From Lama guanicoe (Eukaryota): DNA of 64,000 bases. The stretch spans positions 1,005,590 to 1,069,589 of the forward strand of contig MU053911.1 of NCBI GenBank assembly GCA_013239625.1. Direction: 5' to 3'. The position numbers were made by a program, and so were the translations under genes. A model generated the notes under the pieces. It was not told where the DNA came from and did no database searches. It saw only the letters and a program-made list of their open reading frames with translations. Below, in pieces: positions 54,993-64,000 of this stretch; positions within the stretch are counted from its first letter, which is position 1; the number at the start of each line of letters is the position of its first letter.

Positions 54993-56363
54993 TTACATGG
55001 AAATGCTCACGTGTACACTTGGCCACGGCGAGCTCGGGTCTGGGGTGTGACTTGAATTAGGACGCAGTGACACACCGCTCCCCTCAACCAAGGAAGACCT
55101 GGAAATGCGAATTCAGACGCATTTTCATCTAGATGCCAAGTCCGTGGTTAAGAATCTCTCCACTCACACTCGGCCAAGTCTGACAGCAAAGCTGCAGCGT
55201 GAGGGCTGGTGTTTTTTTTTTTTAAGTTTACTTAGCATTCAGTTTCTATTTTTAGGTGAGACTTTGTTTTTATTTTCAAATGAGATTCTGCATTAAGATG
55301 GTGATTTTCCTGGTGATCCATTATCAGGGACCCCACACTCCACTCTCCAGAATCCCCATCACAGGTGTGGGTTTCACCCCATTTACATCACACTCCAGAC
55401 ACTGTCATCTTTTCTTAAACCTCAAATTGAAGACGCGCCAGAAGAGTGGGTGTAAAGTCACCAGAAGCTGCCTGTGTGGGTCAGGGCATAAAGCACCCTC
55501 ACGGCAGCTTCACACTTTCCCGAGAAGCCAGTGGCCCCCGTGAGAAAGGCCCAGAACACCCGGGAGAACCCAGACCCTCGAGCTGCCCCTCCCCACCAGG
55601 GCCCCGGAGCCAGCCTCACTGCACACAAGGCAGACAGAACCAGAGCCTTCTTCCCACAGGCGGACACGCACCGCGCGGGCACTGCTGTGCACACTCCCAC
55701 CCACGAACAAGGGACTCAGGATGCAGCTTCTCTACAGAGCAAAGAGGGTCACGTGAAAATGTCTGGGATATATATACAAGACAGTGCTCCCACGAGCTTC
55801 TCTGTACAAGAGAGCCTGGGAAACACCAGCAAGACAGGCCAGCGCCCCAGTTAAGAGCGAGGGGAAACCAAGGACAGAGGTCTTCCTGGAGAGAAAAACA
55901 GAACTGAGCAAGGAAGAATTCACTCATCTGCAGGACCAAATAATGACAGCCTATTCCTTTTTTCTTTTAATTAGGAAGTTTGTTAGGAATCGGGAACCAG
56001 CCAACCTACTTCCTAACTTCAGCAGGGGGAAGCCAGTTGAAACAATGCTGTCAGAAGGCATTAGAACCTACAGCGTTACATATATAACATATATAACAAA
56101 AATATATTCATGTTTATACACGCGAATGACTAAGAACGACACTGAAGTGGGAGCTGTGTCTATCAGGCCTAATTTTGGACGGTCTCCAAATCAGTACTTG
56201 GATCACTCGACCCCGATTTAATGCCTCAAACACATGGCAAAGCAGGGCACGGTCCCACGTGACCCAGCTCTCCCTTCCGCCCCAGCGCCGTGCCCACGCA
56301 CCCGAGGCGCCCACCCACGTTGGTCACTCCCACAGGGTCCCAGGGCCTCCTCCCCCCCTCTCC

Positions 56364-56981
56364 TGTGGGAGCCCATGACTGGGTTAACAAATTGCAACAG
56401 ACCCCAGCTGCCTGTCACCTTTAAGAAGAACGAATGTGCTTAGTAACCGCTTTGCTAGCAAGCACCTGTGCGTCCACACTCCTGTCTCCTTGCCGTGAAA
56501 GTGGAGACAACGCCTTGCTTGCACATTTGAGGCTTTAGATAGCACTCTGCTCCCTGCACAGCAATGACCCAGGCCCTCGGCTATAGACGACCCAGGCCCT
56601 CAGCTATAGACGCGGGGCGTGCCTGCTGTTAGATGGTCTGTTATCCCCCAGACGAGGGACTGGCTGGTCCCGCGGTCGTCTTTGTAATTAAAATATCTGA
56701 AGAGTATACCTTGCTCCCGTCTCCCCATGACTTCCCTGAAGGTAAACGAAGCCTCTGGACTCCCTGTGGACTCTACAGTCTCGATCCCACCCTGTCTTTC
56801 CCTAAGTTCCCGCATCCATCACACAGCTGCTGGTGACTGTTCCTTTGTTGTACACAATAAACGTGGGAGCATTTGAGAGGCTCATGGAGTTGGTCCCCGA
56901 CTCCCTCTCGCTCTCTTGACTTTCTACGGTCTTGAGTAATTCACTCCATCTCAGTGGGACTTCCACCGGTCAGAACCCACG
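56364..56981 (+). mobile_element. ERV solo LTR (ERV2/beta-like) with 6-bp TSD
   Basis: Termini TGTGGG...CCCACG (canonical CCCACA); perfect flanking duplication CTCTCC at 56358-56363 and 56982-56987; AATAAA near 56856; 618 bp. Confidence 0.8.
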
Positions 56982-57482
56982 CTCTCCCGTCTCGGGTCCA
57001 CCCTGGCCGGCTCTGCCGGTGGCCTGAAATCTCTGAAACACTTCTTCGTGCCATTTCTTTGCTTGATTTTTTAAGACCTACAGAATAAAGTCCAAATTCC
57101 TCAGCATCACATCCTATTAGAGGTAACCCACAAGTAGCCTCAACCTACTACTTACTAAATTTTCTTCAAGAACTCCCAGTAACATATTGCATTGATGCAG
57201 TTTCACTTGTTTTTTTGTGCTAGGCTTCATGTGGCTGTTCCCTCCGTCCTGGCCGCCCACCCTCCACATCGAGGAGGCCAACGTTCGTGGGTTTCTGCAG
57301 GTGTGACACTTAACTAGGTACACAGCTTCCTTCCGAGGTCCTGCCCTTTTCAGGGGTGACTGAGGACATTCATCTCCCAGTGTCACCAAGGACCAGCATG
57401 AAGGCCTGGGTCTCTTCCAGTCATTCACTGTCCAGAGGGCGGGAGTCCTTTCGACTGACAGAAAGCGAGTCAGGGAGGAGTC

Positions 57483-57891
57483 TGTCGGTGTCATGATACC
57501 ATGTACACATACACACCGTATGCGGAGAGATGGCTACTCTGATGGCGACTCTGAAGCTTTATTAAGTTGCACAGTCTTACACAGCAAAGAAGAACGACAA
57601 GGGAAATGGTTAACAGGCAGCGTCTGGCTCAAGGTCAGAAGACCCTTCATGTTTTGGTAAATCATGTTCGTGTTGGCACCAGCGAGCCTTACAGCTTATC
57701 AGGACAGAATGTATGAGAAACGGCTACTTTACAACATTCTTCGTGGACTCAGGCGGCTGTGCCTGTCTTAGGTTGCCCTCTTTGGGGATCTTACCCATCC
57801 TTGGCTAGCCAGCCTTCTCACCTCTGAGTCTGCAGCTTTCTAGAACTTTTTTTTACCATTCCAGCCCAAGGCTTGTTCCCTGGTTCCCACA
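57483..57891 (-). mobile_element. Second probable solo LTR, in sense orientation to CCNY
   Basis: Minus strand begins TGTGGGAACC and ends CCGACA, with AATAAA (57563-57558) ~75 nt before the end. No clean TSD. Confidence 0.55.
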
Positions 57892-58329
57892 GTCGGGAGC
57901 CTACAGAGTCATGAGAGGAGCCACAGGCTTGGGAAAGGTCCGGGCCACATCATTACCGTGGTATGTCCAGACTCACTGAGAAGATGGCAGCGAGGGCCAC
58001 GCAGAGCAAGAGCAGGCGTCCCTGTCCTCTGCGGGGCTTGTTTATTATGTGATACTCTGCACCAGTGACCTGACTGTGAGCTTCCTCTCCAGACAGCAGG
58101 TGTGTCTGACGGATGGGTTGGAAGGAGGCCCACAGCCCTGCTCACCTGGCCTCGGTGCCCTGAGGGTCACTCCAGCCATGACTCCTCTGCAAGCAGAGTA
58201 AACCCATTCACAGAAGTGGCTGTGGGGCCCCACTCCAGCCTGGAGGAGCCCAGGGAGGAAGCGTCGGCCAGCACAGAGGGAACAGCTCTGAAGCCTAGCA
58301 CAAATCCACAGTCTGAGACCCTCTCCTGC

Positions 58330-58470
58330 AAAGGTTCCCACCTCTGGGTGCTCACTCCCCAGTATAATCCCCTTCCCTGCCTGTGGGTGGGACCTGCTTC
58401 TAATCAACAGAATACAGGTGAGGAAAAGGCTACCAGGTCTGCGATAAGGCTGTGACTTTGATCTGGCTCT
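58330..58470 (+). mobile_element. MaLR (MLT1-like) LTR fragment
   Basis: cccacctctgggt...taatccccttccc...gtgggtgggacctg...cttctaatcaacagaata. Confidence 0.5.
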
Positions 58471-60744
58471 GAGGAAGTTTCTCCATTAGGAGACATCTGC
58501 ATTCCTACTGAGCAAATGGAAGGACTGGCTACCCAGGAACAATGTCAAATACATTAAAAATTAATAACAAAAAATACCACTCCGTGGTAATATTCCTTCT
58601 TGGGTTTCATAAGCTGCACTTCTTGCCACGAATGTTATAAGTATCTACTCATGTGCTACTTCCAACTAGTTGCCAATCAAAGAAAAAAAAATACAAAATG
58701 ATGCTACTGACTCCGTGTCCACCACTTTCCTGGAAGAAACATGTGCTTCCTTCGACGTGATCACCAGGGAAAAAGGAAACTGCACCTGCAGAGGGCCCTG
58801 GGGAAACAACACGGTCACAGACAGGCACCCTCTACCTCCTTGCCATGCACATCCCACTGTGCATGGACTTGGGAGCACAGAGCAGAGCCCCCACCTCGCT
58901 CACCCTGGCTGGTCCACCTCATCTGTTGTGTCATCTGTCCAGAGGGTCAGCCAAACGCTGCTGGAAACGAGCCCATCACTGACCACTGGTGCACGGACCC
59001 CAGAGCACTTACTCTGTGCCAGGCCCAGGCCTCCAGCCCTGATCCCCACCTTGTAAGTGGCGGTGGGTGGGGTGACAGGACATAACCACCCCACGCCACA
59101 CCCAGTGAGACGCAGAGCTGGATGCAAACCCGAGTTGCCCAACTCAGGCTGGTCCTCTAATACTTACACAAACTTCCTAATTATGTTTCATTACATCTAA
59201 AGTCACTCCTGGATGTAAGGATCCTTTCAGTTACACAACTAGCAGGGGAAGTAAAAGCATGACTTCCAATTCCGCAGGGCAGTTACATGGCTCACGACGC
59301 ACCTGAGAGCATCTGAGACTTGGTGGAGGAAGGCAGGGAACGAAGGCAGACCCTGCAAAGGCAGAGCCGGTGAGCAGACCCACAATGGAGGGTCCCGCTG
59401 GGGGACCTGGGCACCAGAAGGCCCCAGGGCTAAGGCCAGGGATGGTGAGTCGCCCACAGTTGTGAAGAGAAGCAGCTAACACCAGGCAGACCTCACAAGA
59501 TTAACTCAGCAGAACCACCAGAGCTGGCCCGCGCACCAGCTAATCAGACTCCTTGTACCAACAGCAGAGAGGAGGCCACCTGAGCCCTGCCCACTCCTCC
59601 TGGAGGACCCAGCCCTCCCCTCCTCCACGACGCCTCTCTGAATTATTTCCAATCTTCCCCTTCATACGAGCTGTGTCCTCTGAGCCTTCAAAGCACTGAA
59701 GAATCTGCCACTGGGGAAAAACAAATTAAAACAGGCCTTTTCACTTTTAAATCTCACAAATGAGCAGTCTCACCTCATGGCTGCAACTTGGCTTCTGCTG
59801 CCATTGATGTCTTTACGGACACACCAAAACTGCCACCATCAGCTCATCCAACGGAACAGAACTCACTCGGCCTTCATTCCCCCTTGAACTTCATCCTTTC
59901 CCGGGCCCCTCCAGCTGCCTCTCCCAGTTCCTGTCCTGACTGGCACCCTTCTCCACTTGACCCCCAAACCGAGGCACGTCCTCACATCTTGCCCCAGGTC
60001 CTGCAGCCAAATGCCCTGTCCTGACCCTGCTCAGCCCGAGTCCCACATTGAAAACTGTGGAAAGGATGGAAAAAAACAGTCCCAACGGGTGCAGATTCAG
60101 TCGGAAAGGGCAGGTCAAAGTGAGGCTTGGGGAGCCTCCCAGGCCAGGGAGCACAGCGAAGGTACCCAAGGAGGGAGGGGCTTGTTCAAGGTCGCGTCTG
60201 CAGGCTGGCCTGGCAAGATGGCGAAGGAGGGGTCCTGAAAACAGAGAAGGAGGCCAAGCAGACTACTGTGTCCAGCCTCGGGAAAGAAGGCCAGGAGCCA
60301 ATGTGGCAAGAGCGGGAACAGAAAGGAGGGGGTCCCCTGCAACTGGTCAGCGGGCCATAACCAGGCACCGCGCTGCTTCTGTGGCCCCTCCTGGGCTGGC
60401 AGGGCTGTTAGCAACTTCACCCATATGCGGTCCCTGCTCTGAAGGGCCACACAGGCTGGGTGGGGATGGCAGGAAAAGAAATCCAGTCTTTCTTTAAAAA
60501 CCTCACAGCAAGGCAAGTGAAGCAAACTCCTGCGGGGCCATCAACAGTGAGCAGGGTTTGAGAGCTTCCATCCCAAGGGAAGACAAGCAGCGACAAGGAA
60601 GGCGAGCAGCATTTTAGCTCACCTGTGGACGACCGGGCGGCCACACAGCCAGCGACCATGAGCGGACGGGCCCTCATCTATCACGCAACGTCCCGAGCTC
60701 GCCAAGTGAAAGTGCTCGCGATGTGCGGATGCCAGCCACCGCAA

Positions 60745-60918
60745 GTAATTAACAGGCAAAACACAGCTTCCTCTGCATGGCGCGGAGGACCACACTCGAC
60801 ATCTGGTAGTAACCTATCACGAAAAAGAATGTGAGGACAAGTACACGTACGACCAAGACATGGAGCTGTACCCCAGAAACTGACACATTGTAACCAACTA
60901 TACGTCAGTTAAAAAAAA
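60745..60918 (+). mobile_element. Short L1 3' end
   Basis: gtagtaacctat...gctgtaccccagaaactgacacattgtaac...ttaaaaaaaa. Confidence 0.75.
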
Positions 60919-62477
60919 GTGTTCAATTTAGGTTTCATCACCAGCCAGCTTCCAGTCACAGAGCAAATCCCTATCAGTGTCTGAAGAACACGGCAGGGTA
61001 GTGGGGGTGACAGACACAACTAACCTCTTCTCTGAGCAAACACCCTCACCCGGGAAATCCAGGGGCTGCTGCGAGGCTCACAGGAGCTACGGCTTTAGCA
61101 CAAGCCACCTGAGCAATTTACTGAAAACACATTCTGCAGAGCCGCCCTGCAGATACTGATTTAGAAATCCGTATTTTCAAACAGCCATCCAGGGAATTCT
61201 GACTCAGAACAGGTCACACTTTCAAACATTTTCAAAAGTGGTTGGCAAAGTCTAGAGTTACACAAGAAAGAATTCAAACATACTTTATTAAGACATTTGG
61301 TCACCTCTAATCTAATAAAATACTGATTCCTCTGAGGTCCAGTTTCTGACACACACACGCGATAGTGTGCAGACACAGGAAAACACTCGACTGCACACGA
61401 GCAGGCTCAACCCCAGAAGTGTGCTGCAACTGCTCATTCTCGCATGTGTTCAGCTCACCTGAGTTGATTCAGTACACTAATGAGAATCCTATAAAAATAC
61501 CAGGTAAGATAAATTTAACAGGGGAAAGCCCAATGGAGCAGTTTTCTCAAAAGGGCATATATATTAAGGCACAAAACAAAGAATGCTGTCCACCACCCAG
61601 GTCTACCTACTGTGTGAAAGGAATTCAGGGCAAAGACCGGAATGAGGTGCTCTGAGATAGTTACACGTTTTTATGAGAGGTTTGCTTTCTTTGCTTTCTT
61701 TGCTGGATGCCGGGGCAGGTTGGTCACCTGGATGGAAACGTGGGTGGCCAGCCTCCACCCTCCCGGGACTGAACGGATAGGTGGGAGGTATCCAGACCAC
61801 TCTCCCCGTCCTGAAAGGCTCCTCCTCTGCCACCACCAAAATCTCACTCAGGCTCCAAGGTCCAGCCCCGGCCTGCCCTCCCTCGGGGCCAAGGGGCCTG
61901 TACCGTGCCCCGAGCTCGGCCGGGACAGGTGCTCTGTCAGCGTGAGCCCACCTGCCTCTCCCACCTGCTGACAGTCCTAACGCAGACGTCCTGCTTTGTG
62001 GCCTTGTTTCCCATGTGACTTCTCTGCTCTCTGATAAGGAAGCACACTAGTCCCTCCACACACAGCCCTACAAATCGCACGTTCCAAACCGCCCAGAGGA
62101 AAAGCTGCTCACCGCCCATCCTGAAGTGTGGGGAGTCCACCTCTGCGCAAGAGGACCTGCCGTGCCCTAGGCCCCTGTTCTGGTAGAGCTCAGCTCCCAC
62201 CACAATTTTAAAACTATCGCTTGTAAAATGCAGGCAAACAAGTACAATGAGAAAAGGCTCCACGTCACATGAGCAAACTAAAACAAGCCACCACCGCACC
62301 CGTCAGAACGGCCCGCCAGAGCGCCAGGACCACCTTTTATCTGTATTATTTCAACCCATTATTTAAAACTCAAAGCCTCTATCCAAAATTAGGACACAAC
62401 ATAAAGGAGAAATTATTTCCAAATATTTTTGCCTGTCAACACTGTATAGGACTGGGTAATGATTTCCTATGACAAAG

Positions 62478-62580
62478 TCGTTCATTCATTCACTCATTCA
62501 TTCATTCCTTTAAAATACAACACTTATTCAGTCTTTATTCTTTCAGGTGTTTGGGGCCATAGCAGTGATCAAGACATACT
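62478..62580 (-). mobile_element. L2 3' end
   Basis: (TTCA)n tail followed by aacacttatt...ggggccatagcagtgatcaagaca. Confidence 0.55.
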
Positions 62581-63535
62581 GGCCTTAATATCCTTCTACA
62601 TGCTGTAGTTCAAAGACAGCTAAAGAGTAGGCTAAAATAATGGAAGCTTGAAATACCACCACTAGAAATGTCATACTGAACCCTAATTTACTAAAAGTCT
62701 GCCATAAACCAGACAGAATTCTTTCACACATGGTACTCTTTTATAAAGCTTCTATGCTAAAGAGATGAAATCACTATTTAAAAGAAATTAAAAGAGGCCA
62801 AACAATGAAAAAATTCTTCCCTTCGGTTAGAGTTTAAACTTGGCTTTGCACACTGGATGGAATGCACCAGCCTGAAAGTGACAGGAAGGAATTACGACAG
62901 GGTTCTGCCAATTCATTCACACAAGAAATGTTTTTCAGATGAGTTCAACCACAGCAACTGTGAGGTTAGGTGGCTTAAAAAAAAAATAAATTTCAACACG
63001 TCACAAACATGTATTTTCACCTTCAAGTTTTTTAAGTTGAAAATTGCATAAACGGCATGATGTACAAACTACCCATCTGTAGATATTAAGCCACGCACCT
63101 TACAGCGAAAATACTACTAGTGAAGTTACTGCAAGACCAGGAAAATAGACAACCATCACCAGGTGCAATGATCAGTCCTCTAACTTCCTTTGCAAACACC
63201 AGTCCAAACCAAAGTCACTCAGATCAGTCCGGAATTCGCAGGACTGCGGCTCGCCCCCGGCCCAAAGCTGCCTGCAAAGCACTGACAGTAACACTGTAAA
63301 GAGAACGTAAAGCGTTCAGGTGGAGCCGTGGGACTGCAACCCCTCACCCCAACCCTGCGGCGTCGCTGGGGTCGCGGGGCCAGGGGAGGGCTCATTTTGC
63401 GAGGGTCCGGGGAGCCCAGCTCGCCGGCTGGACTCAGACTCCAGCATGTGACCTGCGTCCCCGCGGCCCGGCCGCCCCGCGCCCCGGGGCCCGGCCCGCT
63501 CACCCCCGCCCTGGGCACCCGCGCGGCCGACTCAC

Positions 63536-63689
63536 CGTCGATGTTCTCCCGGTCGCTGATGTGCTGCAGGTTGCAGCCCGTGTCCTCGCGGCTCAGCTCG
63601 GCGTCCGGCCGGCAGGACTCCAGCCGCGAGTGGGCATTCCGGCGGAGCTTGGGGCTGGACGACACGCAGCACGAGGCGGTGTTCCCCAT
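63536..63689 (-). CDS. CCNY: CCNY coding exon 1 (MGNTASCC...ENID); carries N-myristoylation Gly2 and Cys7/Cys8
   Basis: Kozak context GCCCGCCATGG; 154 nt; donor G|GTGAGT at 63535. Confidence 0.97.
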
Positions 63690-63715
63690 GGCGGGCCCGG
63701 CCGGCGCGGCCCCGG

Positions 63716-63748
63716 TCAGCAGCGGCGGCGGCGGCGCGGCCTCGCCAT
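63716..63748 (-). promoter_or_regulatory. uORF2 ([10 protein letters not shown])
   Basis: ATG GCG AGG CCG CGC CGC CGC CGC CGC TGC TGA, ending 26 nt before the main ATG. Confidence 0.6.
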
Positions 63749-63835
63749 GGGCGGCCGGCTCCCCTCGCCGGCCCGGCGGCCTGTCCGCGGCGGAGGAGCG
63801 CCCGTGCCCGCGCGACTGCGGCCGCCCGGCCCGGC

Positions 63836-63853
63836 TCACCCCGCCGCCGCCAT
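63836..63853 (-). promoter_or_regulatory. uORF1 (MAAAG*)
   Basis: GCCCGCC ATG GCG GCG GCG GGG TGA in a strong Kozak context; relevant only if the TSS lies upstream of 63853. Confidence 0.55.
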
Positions 63854-64000
63854 GGCGGGCGCCGCACAGCCGCCTCCGCTTCCCGGTCGGCCCGGCTCCG
63901 AGCCGGCGGCCGCAAACGGTTCCGGTTCAGGGGGCGCGGCCGCTCGGGACGCGGGGAGGCGGAGCGGACGCGGGCGGTGGGGACGCGGCGGCGGGAGGCG

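Larger units (their letters stand above)
10070..63900 (-). other. CCNY: Cyclin Y gene span: 10 coding exons, 341 aa, intact reading frame; transcript ends approximate
   Basis: Exon lengths 154+75+35+101+36+58+120+167+163+117 = 1026 nt splice in frame through GT-AG introns into a protein collinear with cyclin Y ([13 protein letters not shown]...[19 protein letters not shown]). Confidence 0.97.
63340..64000 (-). promoter_or_regulatory. CpG island / GC-box promoter and 5'UTR of CCNY
   Basis: Very high GC content and CpG density around exon 1; GGGCGG/GGCGGG boxes near 63950-64000. Confidence 0.9.

Noticed and set aside
12845..63689. CCNY copy being a pseudogene or the paralogue CCNYL1
   Set aside because: The frame is intact at 341 aa, all splice sites are GT-AG, the termini are CCNY-specific, and GJD4 is adjacent.
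1..64000. Hundreds of 60-330 aa ORFs in the six-frame track
   Set aside because: Expected by chance in GC-rich mammalian DNA, and many start at GTG/TTG. Only those overlapping CCNY or GJD4 exons contain recognisable protein sequence.

Overview
This is mammalian genomic DNA, most likely camelid, judging by a Vic-1-type tRNA-derived SINE and camelid/cetartiodactyl-type L1 3' ends. It is not prokaryotic, so nearly all ORFs in the supplied track are spurious. The minus strand carries a complete, intact 10-exon cyclin Y gene (CCNY). Its CDS is 1026 nt / 341 aa, from ATG at 63689 to TAA at 12845-12847, and all introns are GT-AG. It has a CpG-island promoter, two uORFs and a ~2.8 kb 3'UTR. About 10 kb further downstream on the same strand is coding exon 1 of the connexin GJD4, giving the CCNY-GJD4 order I recall from human 10p11. 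The rest is introns and intergenic DNA with L1, L2, MIR, SINE, solo LTR and tandem repeats. I found no new gene system. The most unusual signal is a pervasive directional A/T->G/C shift. It appears in L1 relics, a local duplication, an LTR terminus, a splice donor and a cluster of A->G amino-acid changes in the normally highly conserved cyclin Y. The locus also appears strongly compacted. Together these suggest intense GC-biased gene conversion. Comparisons with orthologues and repeat consensuses are from memory and need database confirmation.
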